Assembly (NCBI GenBank): GCA_002405995.1
Contig: DHMW01000122.1
Span: 21,791-84,518, forward strand
Direction of reading: 5' to 3'
DNA: 62,728 nt
Source of the DNA: Oscillospiraceae bacterium UBA4632
Lineage (GTDB): Bacteria; Bacillota; Clostridia; Oscillospirales; Oscillospiraceae
Both the position numbers and the translations under genes were made by a program. Position 1 is the first letter of the stretch. The number at the start of each line of letters is the position of its first letter. Positions 1 to 8,818 of this stretch are shown here, piece after piece. The notes below the pieces were generated by a model. The model was not told the DNA's origin. It did not search any database and saw only the letters and a list, made by a program, of their open reading frames with translations.

Positions 1-647
1 AGCGCCGCGGGAATAAAGAGCAGCGGCAGCCAGATGGCCTTTCTTCCACGGGAGCCCCGGCATTTATAGAGCATGATGGCAAGGGCACTGACGCCGCACA
101 GCGCCATAAAGCCCATGACGGTGAAATAACCCGCGCCGTAGGTGTAGCCGGTGTCCCGCCACTCGGTCAGCGCCGGGTCAAAGGTGAAGACCATCTGGTG
201 CAGGTCGTTGGTCAGCACCAGCAGGAACAGGCCGCCGGCCAGAAAATACAGCAACCGTGTCCAGCGGGGCAGCCGGTAATTCTCCGGCTTGTCCAGAGAC
301 GCCGCCACAAACACCGCGAACAGCGGGATAAACAGCATGGGGAGATAGAAGCCGTACCACAGATAGCGGATGGCAGCCGCCGAGGTGACGAAGAAGTATT
401 TGACCGTTCGATCCAGCAGCCAGAAGACGATCAGTCCCGCGATAGAGGTGAGGAAGTGCCGTGCCTGAGGCTGCATCACCCTGCGGCGCAGGGAGATTCC
501 CCACGCAGTAAAGAGCCCCAGATAGAGGAGGCTGCGCACAATACCCAGCGCACGCCCGGGGATTTCCCGCCCGATGTTCCGGCAGAGCACGGCGGCAAGG
601 ATCACCAATAGCACGCAGAGCGCAGTAGCTTTTCGGCTGCGGTTCAT
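1..647 (-). CDS. Host membrane protein, probably the multi-TM N-terminus of a sensor histidine kinase (runs off the window edge)
   Basis: Not in the ORF track because it has no stop in the window. ATG at 647 follows GGAGGGA and reads MNRSRKATALCVLLVILAAVL...RYLWYGFYLPMLFIP...LLVLTNDLHQMVF, with several hydrophobic helices. It lies outside the att site. Confidence 0.6.
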   Translation of the reverse strand, partial: MNRSRKATALCVLLVILAAVLCRNIGREIPGRALGIVRSLLYLGLFTAWGISLRRRVMQPQARHFLTSIAGLIVFWLLDRTVKYFFVTSAAAIRYLWYGFYLPMLFIPLFAVFVAASLDKPENYRLPRWTRLLYFLAGGLFLLVLTNDLHQMVFTFDPALTEWRDTGYTYGAGYFTVMGFMALCGVSALAIMLYKCRGSRGRKAIWLPLLFIPAA

Positions 648-790
648 CGGCGATCCCTCCCATCTGCGCATCGGAACGCGAAAATCTATGCTAAGAATAG
701 CATACGCCCCCCTAATCCGCAACAGAATTTACGCCTGCCAGTTCCATTATTTCAGCACACACAGCTTCAAGGTGTGTGGGTCGATGTTCG

Positions 791-2464
791 TCAGAATACA
801 TAATTGCTGCCATTTTTGAGTGGAAATATCTTTGTATCTGTGATAGAAACAATAAATCCGAACCCATGACCAATCGGCAAAAGGTTCGGATTATATTGTT
901 TTGGTGGACCCAGGCAGAGTTTATACGAACTTTCCGCGCAGTTCTCAATGTTGTCAATGGACTGATTCAAGGGGATCCAGATTGTGTTTTTGTCGCCGGA
1001 GAAGCTGAACACGATTTTCATGTCGTCATCGTAGAGATATACCGCGACCAAGAACGTATCGAATAGCCGAGCCTGATATTTCTTGTCGTGAACATCACCT
1101 TCACGGAACATTTCAAGGCCGGAAATCAAGTCATCGCGACTGATGGTTACAATGTCCGCCCGCGCGGCTGCGATCTTCGCCTGAATGGCTGCGCGTTCGG
1201 ATTCCAGCTCAACAAGGCGGTCCTTGGTCGTCGCTGTGATGATTCCCTGTTCAATGGCGGCCATGACATTCTTGATGCTGCGCTCCGTACCGGCGAGCTG
1301 ATCTTCGAGGATGCCCACCTTGCTTTCGGCTTCTTTCCTCTCGTTGTAGGCCATGGTGCTATCTGCAATCCATTTGATAATCTCGTCCTTGAGCGCATTG
1401 TTCTTAATAGCCTCGGCAATCTGCAACTCGATGTCGTCCCGTCGGACATTCTTCTTGTCGCAATCTTTCTCCGTCCGCCGCCGCTGGCAGACGTAGTAGT
1501 GATGCAGATTGCCTGTCCTGCTCGTACCAGACACGCCGACCATAGGAGACTTGCAATGCCCGCAGAATAGTTTGCCGGTCAGCAGATAATCACCGTTGAC
1601 GCGATGGCGTCCTTGCGGATTCTTTTTCGTGGTCAACACCTCCTGCACTTTGAAGTACAATTCGTCGCTCACAATTCGCGGTATGCCGCCCTCTTTGCGG
1701 ACATCGCCGTAAATGTAGATGCCGCGGTACCGTTCGTTGGAAAGGATTTTCTGGAAGCTCGACCGGCCCCACGGCCGGCCGTAGGATGTCGTAATCCCGC
1801 GCGCGTTCAGACTTGACATGATATCAACCAGCGCTTCACCGGTTGCAACGCGCGCAAATATCTCGCGGATGACGGCTGCTTTTGGCTCGTCGAGGGCGTA
1901 GTGCAGCGTTTCGTCGGCCTTATAGCCATAAGGCAGATGGCCGTTTGCCACCATGCAATTTGCGGCGTTATCATACAGACCGCGCTTGATGTCCTCGGCC
2001 ATGTTCTCGCTGTAGAACTGGTTGACGTTCATCATCGAGCGGGCAGCAAAGCGGCCTGCGGCGGTATCGTCGAAATCCTCCTCGACATAGAGCACACGGA
2101 CGCCCAAATCCTGAAGCTTGGTTTCGTTAATGAGCGCTTCCAGCATATTGCGGCCCATGCGGTTAGACTTCCATGCAATCACATAGCGGAACTTGCCTTT
2201 GGCCGCGTCCGACATCATGCGCTGGAAGTCCTTGCGCTTGTCGGTGCGGCCGGACACGGCGCGGTCGGCATAGGTATCGACGATTCTGATGCCATACTCC
2301 GCCGCCAGCTCATAGCCTTTTTCAAACTGCTGCTCTACGGAAATGTCCTTCTGGTTGTGGCTGCTGTACCGGCCATAAAGAACGCCCGGTTCTTCGATTT
2401 CCAGCTTCTTTCCCCGCTTTGGCTTCGCGGGATGCTTCGGAGCCTTTTTCGGCAACAGCGCCAC
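791..2464 (-). CDS. Large serine recombinase (phage integrase)
   Basis: Resolvase motif YGRYSS..Q..S, AWKSNRMGRN, recombinase domain, Zn ribbon (LLTGKLFCGHC...YYVC...C) and coiled coil. The start may be TTG at 2455. Confidence 0.95.
   Translation of the reverse strand: MALLPKKAPKHPAKPKRGKKLEIEEPGVLYGRYSSHNQKDISVEQQFEKGYELAAEYGIRIVDTYADRAVSGRTDKRKDFQRMMSDAAKGKFRYVIAWKSNRMGRNMLEALINETKLQDLGVRVLYVEEDFDDTAAGRFAARSMMNVNQFYSENMAEDIKRGLYDNAANCMVANGHLPYGYKADETLHYALDEPKAAVIREIFARVATGEALVDIMSSLNARGITTSYGRPWGRSSFQKILSNERYRGIYIYGDVRKEGGIPRIVSDELYFKVQEVLTTKKNPQGRHRVNGDYLLTGKLFCGHCKSPMVGVSGTSRTGNLHHYYVCQRRRTEKDCDKKNVRRDDIELQIAEAIKNNALKDEIIKWIADSTMAYNERKEAESKVGILEDQLAGTERSIKNVMAAIEQGIITATTKDRLVELESERAAIQAKIAAARADIVTISRDDLISGLEMFREGDVHDKKYQARLFDTFLVAVYLYDDDMKIVFSFSGDKNTIWIPLNQSIDNIENCAESSYKLCLGPPKQYNPNLLPIGHGFGFIVSITDTKIFPLKNGSNYVF
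848..900 (-). terminator. Hairpin, probably the original ssrA downstream terminator displaced by prophage insertion
   Basis: Inverted repeat AACAAT-AAATCCGAACC ... GGTTCGGATT-ATATTGTT directly adjacent to the left att core. Confidence 0.6.
900..908. repeat. att core, left junction (TTTGGTGGA)
   Basis: Identical to 62482-62490. Lies inside the 3' end of the integrase ORF (codons G-P-P-K). Confidence 0.8.
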
Positions 2465-2474
2465 CTCCTTCTAC

Positions 2475-2650
2475 AAGATAGTCTTTCTAAGATAGTCTCA
2501 GAAACAGATTACAGTAACAGATACAGGTACAGTAACAGATACAGAGACAGTGCGCGCGTGATCGCGCGCACACGCACGCGCGCACGCGATGTATCGATAC
2601 GGTATCAGCGTTTGCATATGCCCGTATAGATAGGGTATCTATACGGTATC
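2475..2650. repeat. Iteron-like and hexamer repeat block, candidate phage replication origin
   Basis: AAGATAGTCT x2 (2475, 2489); ACAGNN x8 (2504-2552); a CG/CA-alternating tract; 11-bp (G/T)ATA(C/G)GGTATC at 2596, 2629 and 2640. Confidence 0.6.
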
Positions 2651-2662
2651 GTTTGGTTCATA

Positions 2663-3178
2663 TCACGAGCCGGATATGCTTTCGTATTCTCCTTCGGCAT
2701 ATCCGCAGTGCGCGTACACTTCGGATACGGTTAAGTCAGCTGATACCCCGTCCATCGGAGAAACAAAATGCCCTGAATCAAGGTCTGCTGACGTCCAGCT
2801 CATAGCACTGTCAACTTCTCCGTTCTTATAGAAAAACGCGGACATTTTGTACTCTGAAAGCTCAATTTCGTGCAGAGACAAATCTTCTTTCAGTCTCGCT
2901 ATTATCGGCTCCATATTAAGGGCAAACGAGTATTCCGTGACCGCAGGATCGAGATACACAGAAATTTTTATCTTGCCATTGTCGTCAAGAGCTATAACCT
3001 TGACCTCATCAATAGCGACCGATTCCAAGTCAGAGGAAATGCTATGCATTGTGTCTATTGGTATCTGAGTTTCTCCAACGGTTCCGGCTGCCGAATCATC
3101 CCCTTGCGAAGATGTCGAGGCGCATGAGCAAAGGAATACAAGAACTCCTAACAGAAGAACAAACCATAGTTTTTTCAT
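2663..3178 (-). CDS. Lipoprotein in the lysogeny module (possible superinfection exclusion)
   Basis: MKK + hydrophobic stretch + lipobox-like LCSC. Located between repressor and integrase; lower GC than neighbours. Confidence 0.6.
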   Translation of the reverse strand: MKKLWFVLLLGVLVFLCSCASTSSQGDDSAAGTVGETQIPIDTMHSISSDLESVAIDEVKVIALDDNGKIKISVYLDPAVTEYSFALNMEPIIARLKEDLSLHEIELSEYKMSAFFYKNGEVDSAMSWTSADLDSGHFVSPMDGVSADLTVSEVYAHCGYAEGEYESISGS

Positions 3179-3373
3179 GAAAGCGTCCTCCCTTTCGCAA
3201 ATTCGGTCGAATGTGATAATATATCTTTTTCTGCCAAAAAATCAGTTTTCTGATATACTGTTGATACTGTCGGCAGGCATCATAACGAGAGGAGACAATC
3301 TACATGAGAGAACTGCGCTGGAACGATGTGAGAGGGGTTTTTCTGCGCCTGCCTCCTGAAAAGCAAGCCGAAT

Positions 3374-3766
3374 TTATTGCTTATCTCCATTCGTTGCAAG
3401 ATAGCGAAGATAATTTAGAGCCTCGGAGCGCTGAGAATCCGAAAGAGATTCAAACAACTGCATAGCTTCAAATTCACGCTCATCTTCGGCGCCGGAGATG
3501 AGCGCATTTTTTTCGCTTCCCTCCACGAGAAGATCAACGGGCATATCGTCCGCTTTCAGGAAAAGGTCATTGAGCGTCAGCCCCATGCCCCTTGCGATTT
3601 TTTTCAACGCTGGAAGCGACGGAGTAACAGGCAGTCCAGTCTTGGGATTCACGTTCTTTTCGAGCATAGAAATATAGCCGTTCGACAGTCCACACAAAGC
3701 GGCAAACTGCCGCTGGGACAGGCCTTTTTCAGTGCGAAAAGTAATAACAAGTTCTCTGAGCGTCAT
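3374..3766 (-). CDS. CI-like XRE HTH repressor
   Basis: ATG 3766 after GGAGG; RTEKGLSQRQFAALCGLSNGYISMLEK HTH; divergent from cro. Confidence 0.85.
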   Translation of the reverse strand: MTLRELVITFRTEKGLSQRQFAALCGLSNGYISMLEKNVNPKTGLPVTPSLPALKKIARGMGLTLNDLFLKADDMPVDLLVEGSEKNALISGAEDEREFEAMQLFESLSDSQRSEALNYLRYLATNGDKQ

Positions 3767-3805
3767 GGCTTGCTGCCTCCGTTGTACGCGTTTTTTGTTT
3801 AACAT

Positions 3806-3834
3806 ATTATACATTGAGCGGTGCGGCCTGTCAA
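3806..3834 (-). promoter_or_regulatory. sigma70/A promoter for repressor-lipoprotein-integrase
   Basis: Perfect TTGACA (3834-3829), 17 bp, TATAAT (3811-3806) on the minus strand. Confidence 0.85.
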
Positions 3835-3875
3835 CGCGATTGTGAAATTTATTGAACATTTTTTGTTTAGCCCAC

Positions 3876-3904
3876 TTGACACAGCACAAGGCATGGTGTA
3901 CTAT
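3876..3904 (+). promoter_or_regulatory. Early lytic promoter upstream of cro
   Basis: TTGACA (3876), 17 bp, TACTAT (3899). Confidence 0.75.
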
Positions 3905-3955
3905 GACTGTGCAATCGGTTAAACACTACGACGACAAAGAAAGGAGGATTTACGC

Positions 3956-4156
3956 ATGGGCTACAAAATCAAAGAGTTCCGAGAAGCGCTGAAAATGACG
4001 CAGGAAGAGTTGGCGGAAAAGAGCGGCGTGAGCCGTGGGACCATCTCTGCCCTCGAAAACGGCACGAACAAAACCACCACATCCAAAACCTTGGTCAAAC
4101 TTGCGCAGGCCCTCAACACCAGCGTTGACCGTATTTTTTTTACTGAGAGTGTTTAA
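3956..4156 (+). CDS. Cro-like HTH regulator
   Basis: 66 aa XRE HTH (MTQEELAEKSGVSRGTISALENG); strong SD AAGGAGG. Confidence 0.88.
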   Translation: MGYKIKEFREALKMTQEELAEKSGVSRGTISALENGTNKTTTSKTLVKLAQALNTSVDRIFFTESV

Positions 4157-4187
4157 CCGATTAAACACTAATGAGGAGGTGACGGTT

Positions 4188-4403
4188 TTGCGCGAAGATT
4201 TTCGGAACGAAACCGGCGCAACTCTCGAAGGTGAGCTGGTGAGCGAGGTACATATCAACACGGCGGAGATTCCCGATCATGTGCGGGACAATTTGGCCGC
4301 GGCGACGCTGGATTTGATTTACGGAATCCTGCGCCAGCCGGGCGGCCGTGCGGCGCTGGATGCGAGAACCGCCGCCAGAAAAGCGGCTGCGGCCGCGAAG
4401 TGA
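4188..4403 (+). CDS. Hypothetical phage protein
   Basis: TTG start after GAGGAGGTGA; in the early operon; start uncertain. Confidence 0.5.
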   Translation: MREDFRNETGATLEGELVSEVHINTAEIPDHVRDNLAAATLDLIYGILRQPGGRAALDARTAARKAAAAAK

Positions 4404-4419
4404 AAGGAGCTGATGAAGA

Positions 4420-4620
4420 ATGGCATATTACTGGACTTGCCCTGACTGCGGCAGCAATAACGACCCCGGCGAGGCCTGTGATTGCCGCGCAGAAGCAAAA
4501 AAGAGCCCGCCCCCGGCGCAACGGGAACGGACTCAGGTAACTGGATACCCATATTTAGTTTATCAGTCGGGTCGAGCCGCGTCAAGGACAAAGGAGGTGC
4601 CGCCGTGTCGGAGGACCTGA
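4420..4620 (+). CDS. Small Cys-rich (Zn-ribbon-like) protein
   Basis: CPDCGSNNDPGEACDC; SD AAAGGAG. Confidence 0.6.
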   Translation: MAYYWTCPDCGSNNDPGEACDCRAEAKKSPPPAQRERTQVTGYPYLVYQSGRAASRTKEVPPCRRT

Positions 4621-4979
4621 GAGAGCTGCGGCTTGCAAAGCAGATTCCGGCAAAAGAAATGGTGGCCGTCGTGCAGGAGCTTTATCCGAAGTATGACAAG
4701 ACCGTGCAAAGTAAATGTGAGAACGGCGAGGCCTATGGCGTGAGCCTGCGGCCAGATGCGATGGCAGCGCTCTACGCCCGTTTCGCTCCGGAGCTGGCAA
4801 CGGCGCGCAAAGCGCCCAAAAAGGACAACCGACGTCTGACCTGTCGTATCTCAGCAAGGCTCGAAGATGCCGACTATGCGGCGTTGCAACGGCTTGTAGC
4901 GGCCGAGGGCTACACCACCATGCAGGACCTGCTTACCGCTATCGTCCGCCGCTATATCTCAGAGAAGGAGGAACGGTAA
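4605..4979 (+). CDS. Putative DNA-binding protein (HTH plus RHH-like C-terminus)
   Basis: GTG after AAGGAGGT; LRELRLAKQIPAKEMV..., C-terminal RISARLEDADYAAL. Confidence 0.6.
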   Translation: MSEDLRELRLAKQIPAKEMVAVVQELYPKYDKTVQSKCENGEAYGVSLRPDAMAALYARFAPELATARKAPKKDNRRLTCRISARLEDADYAALQRLVAAEGYTTMQDLLTAIVRRYISEKEER

Positions 4980-4980
4980 T

Positions 4981-5199
4981 GTGAAAACGCTCGGCTATGT
5001 GATTAAAAATGCGCGGGAATCGCGTGGGATGACACAGGAAGATTTCTCCGACGCTATAGGCGTATCGCGGAGTTCAGTCGGAATGTATGAAACGGACCAG
5101 CGCGAGCCGAAGCTGAGTACGCTTAAACGGATATCCGAAGTTCTGTCCGTTCCTATTGAAGTGCTGGTGGGAAGCGCATCGCCATCGGAAAGCAGGTGA
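4981..5199 (+). CDS. XRE HTH regulator
   Basis: IKNARESRGMTQEDFSDAIGVSRSSVGMYETDQREP. Confidence 0.8.
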   Translation: MKTLGYVIKNARESRGMTQEDFSDAIGVSRSSVGMYETDQREPKLSTLKRISEVLSVPIEVLVGSASPSESR

Positions 5200-5205
5200 A
5201 CCGGA

Positions 5206-5424
5206 ATGAGCTATGACCTGCCTGACCATCCCGTGATCAGAAACATGGAGCGCACCGGCTACCCTGGCGGCAAAGAGCCGGTCTATCCCCGCTGCCCTGT
5301 CTGCGGCGAGGAGTGCGAAACCATCTGCAAAGACAGAGATTTGAATATCGTCGGCTGCGATGTCTGCATCAAGCAGTCCGACGCTTGGGAGGAGCCGGAG
5401 TGCTTTCCCGGAAAGGAGCAATGA
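5206..5424 (+). CDS. Small Zn-finger-like phage protein
   Basis: CPVCGEEC...GCDVC; coupled to neighbours. Confidence 0.6.
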   Translation: MSYDLPDHPVIRNMERTGYPGGKEPVYPRCPVCGEECETICKDRDLNIVGCDVCIKQSDAWEEPECFPGKEQ

Positions 5425-5804
5425 TGAAAGGACTGGTTATCAATACCCAGCACAAAATGAAGATCGCAGACTTTGGCGAGCCTGCTTATAAGACCATCGG
5501 CGCGGCGGTTGACGGCTGGATTGAGGTCGTTCACCCGAAGGGACTGCCTGCCCCCTTCTGCATGGTTGTCAACGAGGAAGGGCTGCTGCGCGGCCTGCCG
5601 CTGAACCTGTTCGGGAGCATTCTTTACGGAACGATTCACCACGGGAATCCCATTGTTGGTGACATCGTGCTTCTCAAAGAGGGCTTCACCAATGCCGGAG
5701 AGCGGGATTTTGTCGGACTGGATGATGACGACATTAAGTTCCTCAGCGCGATGGCTGCCAGCGTAAGTGGTGGCGGCGTCAAGTGGGAAAGCGAGAACCA
5801 GTAA
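5421..5804 (+). CDS. DUF3846-like phage protein
   Basis: VDGWIEVV...MVVNEEGLL.GLPLN...IVGDIV pattern; SD AAAGGAG. Confidence 0.6.
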   Translation: MMKGLVINTQHKMKIADFGEPAYKTIGAAVDGWIEVVHPKGLPAPFCMVVNEEGLLRGLPLNLFGSILYGTIHHGNPIVGDIVLLKEGFTNAGERDFVGLDDDDIKFLSAMAASVSGGGVKWESENQ

Positions 5805-6061
5805 TGCCGAAGTTCTATTTTACCTATGGCACCGAAGGTCAGCCGTTTTTCGGCGGCTGGACGGAAGTTGATGCCCCGGATATCCACGCGGCCTGCGCTG
5901 CATTCCGCGTTTATCACCCCGACAAGACCGAGGGCATCGTGAACTGCTCCAGCATCTACAACGAGGATTCGTTTATGAGAACCCAGATGTACCGCGACGG
6001 CAATTATAACCGCCGCTGCCACGAAATTATCACCCTGCGGCATGAAGTTGTCGCTGACTGA
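5804..6061 (+). CDS. Hypothetical phage protein
   Basis: TAATG coupling; MPKFYFTYGTEGQPFFGGW. Confidence 0.6.
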   Translation: MPKFYFTYGTEGQPFFGGWTEVDAPDIHAACAAFRVYHPDKTEGIVNCSSIYNEDSFMRTQMYRDGNYNRRCHEIITLRHEVVAD

Positions 6062-6075
6062 AAGGAGCTATTACC

Positions 6076-7032
6076 ATGATTAGAAACCCCAACGATATTC
6101 AGGAGGGCGCAAAGAAAATCCGTATGCTGATTGCCGGTTATCCTGGCATCGGCAAGTCCACGCTGGCGCTGTCCGCCCCTAACCCGCTGCACATCGACGT
6201 CGATTTCGGCATTGACCGTATCGAGCCGCGCTACCGTAAGCCGTACATCCAGCCCAAGAACTACGATGAAATCCTGAGCGACCTTGTTCCCGAAAGCCTC
6301 GGAGACTATGACACGCTGGTTTTCGATACCGGCGGCAAGCTCATTTCCCTCATGTCCCTGTGGGCCATCAAGAAGGACCCCAAGTATGGCCAGCGCGACG
6401 GCAGCCTGTCGCTCAAGGGCTACAGCTTCGTCGGCAAGGAGTTCGTCCGCCTGATGGACTACTGTTTCTATGAGCTTCAAAAGAACATCGTGATTGTGTT
6501 TCACGCGACCGAGGAAAAGGACGGCGATAACGTCCGTCTCCGCATCAAGGTCGAGGGCCAGACCAAGAACAACGTCTGGGAGCCTATGGACCTCGGCGGC
6601 TTCGTGGAGATTTACGGCAACGACCGCACCATCGGCTTCTCCAACTGCGAGCGGTACTTTGCCAAGGGTACGCGCGGCATCTCCGGCATTCGCAAGATTC
6701 CAGCACTCGGCCCATCCAGCCCTAATGACTTCCTGACGAAGCTGTTTTCGGAATACAACGCCAAGGCCACCGCAGAGGTTGAGCAGAATGCCGCCGATCA
6801 GGCCGTGTATGAAGCGGCTATGATCGAGGGTACGGCCATCATCGCCAAAATCATTGACGCCGATTCCGCCAACGCTGCTATGCCAGAGTATCAGAACATC
6901 AAGCACGCGCTGACCTCTAACAAGGAGCTGGGTGTGCTCTGGAATAAGAAAATCAAGGAATGCGGCCTGTTCTTCGACAAGGTTTTGAAGAAGTACACGC
7001 CGGCGCCTGCGGAGGCAAAGGAGGCAGAGTGA
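6076..7032 (+). CDS. Sak4-like AAA ATPase / single-strand annealing protein
   Basis: Walker A GYPGIGKST, Walker B-like TLVFDT, IVFH; sits upstream of an exonuclease-like gene and SSB. Confidence 0.8.
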   Translation: MIRNPNDIQEGAKKIRMLIAGYPGIGKSTLALSAPNPLHIDVDFGIDRIEPRYRKPYIQPKNYDEILSDLVPESLGDYDTLVFDTGGKLISLMSLWAIKKDPKYGQRDGSLSLKGYSFVGKEFVRLMDYCFYELQKNIVIVFHATEEKDGDNVRLRIKVEGQTKNNVWEPMDLGGFVEIYGNDRTIGFSNCERYFAKGTRGISGIRKIPALGPSSPNDFLTKLFSEYNAKATAEVEQNAADQAVYEAAMIEGTAIIAKIIDADSANAAMPEYQNIKHALTSNKELGVLWNKKIKECGLFFDKVLKKYTPAPAEAKEAE

Positions 7033-7640
7033 TGCGCTACCTGATGACGCATTCCCTGCTAACCTCGTGGCTCTACACCATGCGGGAGAATCCCTACGAG
7101 GACGCGACTTCGGAGAGCGACCCCATGGGAGAGTTCATGGCGACGCTGCGGCGTGAGCCGACGCCCACCACCGAAGCTATGCAGAATGGCATCCGCTTTG
7201 AGAATTTGGTGACGGCCATCATCAATGGCAACGCAGATCCGAGCGAGCAGTGGTATTCCGCCGCCGAAAAGGTTGCGCGCCGGTGCGCCGGCGGCATCCT
7301 CCAGTACAAGGCGAAAAAGGCCCTTATGGTCGGCGATATGGAACTGCTGCTGTACGGGCGGTTGGACTGTCTGAAAGCCGGAGAGATCATCGACATCAAA
7401 TTTTCCAAGGGCTACGACCCCGGCAAGTATTTTTCCAGCACTCAGCATCCCACCTATTTCGAGCTGATCCCCGAAGCTGACCGTTTTACATACCTCGTCA
7501 GCAATGGCAGCGCTGTGTGGCCGGAAACCTACCGGCGCGATGAAGCCGGTGACATTCGCCCTGTGATTGCAGACTTCTTCGATTGGCTGCGCGCCGTCGA
7601 TCTGATGTCTGTCTATCAGGAGCACTGGAAAGCGCTATGA
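7032..7640 (+). CDS. PD-(D/E)XK exonuclease-like protein
   Basis: YGRLD...IIDIKF...Q...Y motif; adjacent to the Sak4-like gene. Confidence 0.65.
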   Translation: MRYLMTHSLLTSWLYTMRENPYEDATSESDPMGEFMATLRREPTPTTEAMQNGIRFENLVTAIINGNADPSEQWYSAAEKVARRCAGGILQYKAKKALMVGDMELLLYGRLDCLKAGEIIDIKFSKGYDPGKYFSSTQHPTYFELIPEADRFTYLVSNGSAVWPETYRRDEAGDIRPVIADFFDWLRAVDLMSVYQEHWKAL

Positions 7641-8176
7641 ACGGAAAGCTGAAAGACTGGTCATTTGCGCGCAGCGGCGAAAGCATCCTGACGCTCACCA
7701 CCCGCGAGAGCTGTAAAAAGCTGTGGGACGAGCTGGGCGAGCAGGAAATCACGTTCACCATCAAGCGCCGCGCGACACCGCGCAGCCTGAACGCCAACAA
7801 CTATGCATGGCCGCTGATTGAGCAGCTGGCCGTCGCCGTAAAGTCGGACAAGGATTCGGTCTACGAAGATATGCTCCGGCGCTACGGCACCGGCGAAACC
7901 TACACCGACGAGGCGGGGAACGAGTGCAAAGTGCTCTTTTCTCTGCGCGAGGGCATCCCGCCCTCGTTGGTGGCCCGGCACTATGCCGAGGTCGGCGTGG
8001 GCTACATCGACGGCAAAAAGTTCATCCATTACCGCGCAATCAAGGGTACGAGCGAATATTCCTCCAAAGAAATGGCTGCTTTTTTGGACGGCGTCATTTC
8101 GGAATGTCAGGAAGTCGGCATTCAGACCGACACGCCGGAGCAGCTTGCCCGCTATAAGGAGGCATGGCATCCATGA
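7637..8176 (+). CDS. NinB/Orf-like recombination accessory protein
   Basis: RSLNANNYAW and TSEYSSKEMAAFLD motifs. Confidence 0.55.
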   Translation: MNGKLKDWSFARSGESILTLTTRESCKKLWDELGEQEITFTIKRRATPRSLNANNYAWPLIEQLAVAVKSDKDSVYEDMLRRYGTGETYTDEAGNECKVLFSLREGIPPSLVARHYAEVGVGYIDGKKFIHYRAIKGTSEYSSKEMAAFLDGVISECQEVGIQTDTPEQLARYKEAWHP

Positions 8177-8577
8177 AAGTCTACTGCGATTACTGCGGCC
8201 ACGAAGCCGCGCTGGTCGATGATTCTGAAATCTACGGCCGCAGCTTCGGCCACACCGCCTACCTCTGCCGGAACTGCGGCGCGTATGTTGGCTGCCATGG
8301 CCGGACGGACAAGCCACTAGGCAGGTTGGCCGACGCCGCGCTCCGCTCGTGGAAGATGAAAGCCCACGCTGCTTTCGACCCGCTCTGGATGTACCGTTCC
8401 AGCCCGTTTTACCATCGGCGCAATGCCGCTTATGCGTGGCTCGCTGAAAAGATGGGCCTGCCGACAGCCAAGACCCACATCGGTATGTTTGACATTGAGC
8501 AGTGTCAACAGGTTATCAAGATCATAGATTCGGAAGGAGATTTCGACAATGGAAAATTCCAAAAAGGAAACCACTGA
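8173..8577 (+). CDS. Zn-finger protein (DUF3268-like)
   Basis: CDYCG...YLCRNCGAYVGCH...PLGRLA...AHAAFDPLW...HIGMFD. Confidence 0.7.
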   Translation: MKVYCDYCGHEAALVDDSEIYGRSFGHTAYLCRNCGAYVGCHGRTDKPLGRLADAALRSWKMKAHAAFDPLWMYRSSPFYHRRNAAYAWLAEKMGLPTAKTHIGMFDIEQCQQVIKIIDSEGDFDNGKFQKGNH

Positions 8578-8818
8578 TTTGTTCGCAGAGCTTTGCCTTG
8601 ACCCCGGCTTCGTCCTCGTCCCGCAGGACCGCTACGAAGAGTTGATTCGCGCTGAAACTGAGCGTGACGTGCTGGAGGAGACTCTTTCGGACGGCACCAG
8701 CTATAGCGCGGAAAAGGTACTTGCGGCGATCAGGTCTGCGCGCAGCAGAGTATACCGCATGAAAATGCTGACGATTGACACACCGGCAACGATGGAGGAC
8801 AAGCCTGATGCTGAATAA
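8549..8818 (+). CDS. Hypothetical phage protein
   Basis: SD GGAAGGAG; overlaps neighbours in the operon. Confidence 0.55.
   Translation: MENSKKETTDLFAELCLDPGFVLVPQDRYEELIRAETERDVLEETLSDGTSYSAEKVLAAIRSARSRVYRMKMLTIDTPATMEDKPDAE

Larger units (their letters stand above)
3796..4168. promoter_or_regulatory. Operator array, consensus near TGTTTAA-N4-TTAAACA
   Basis: Palindrome GTGTTTAA-CCGA-TTAAACAC at 4149-4168; AATCGGTTAAACAC at 3913-3926; degenerate copies near 3796, 3841 and 3864 overlap both promoters. Confidence 0.65.

Noticed and set aside
178..663. ORF-track calls 178-663 (-) and 198-611 (+)
   Set aside because: Wrong frames. The credible gene is the hydrophobic minus-strand frame from ATG 647 that runs off the window.
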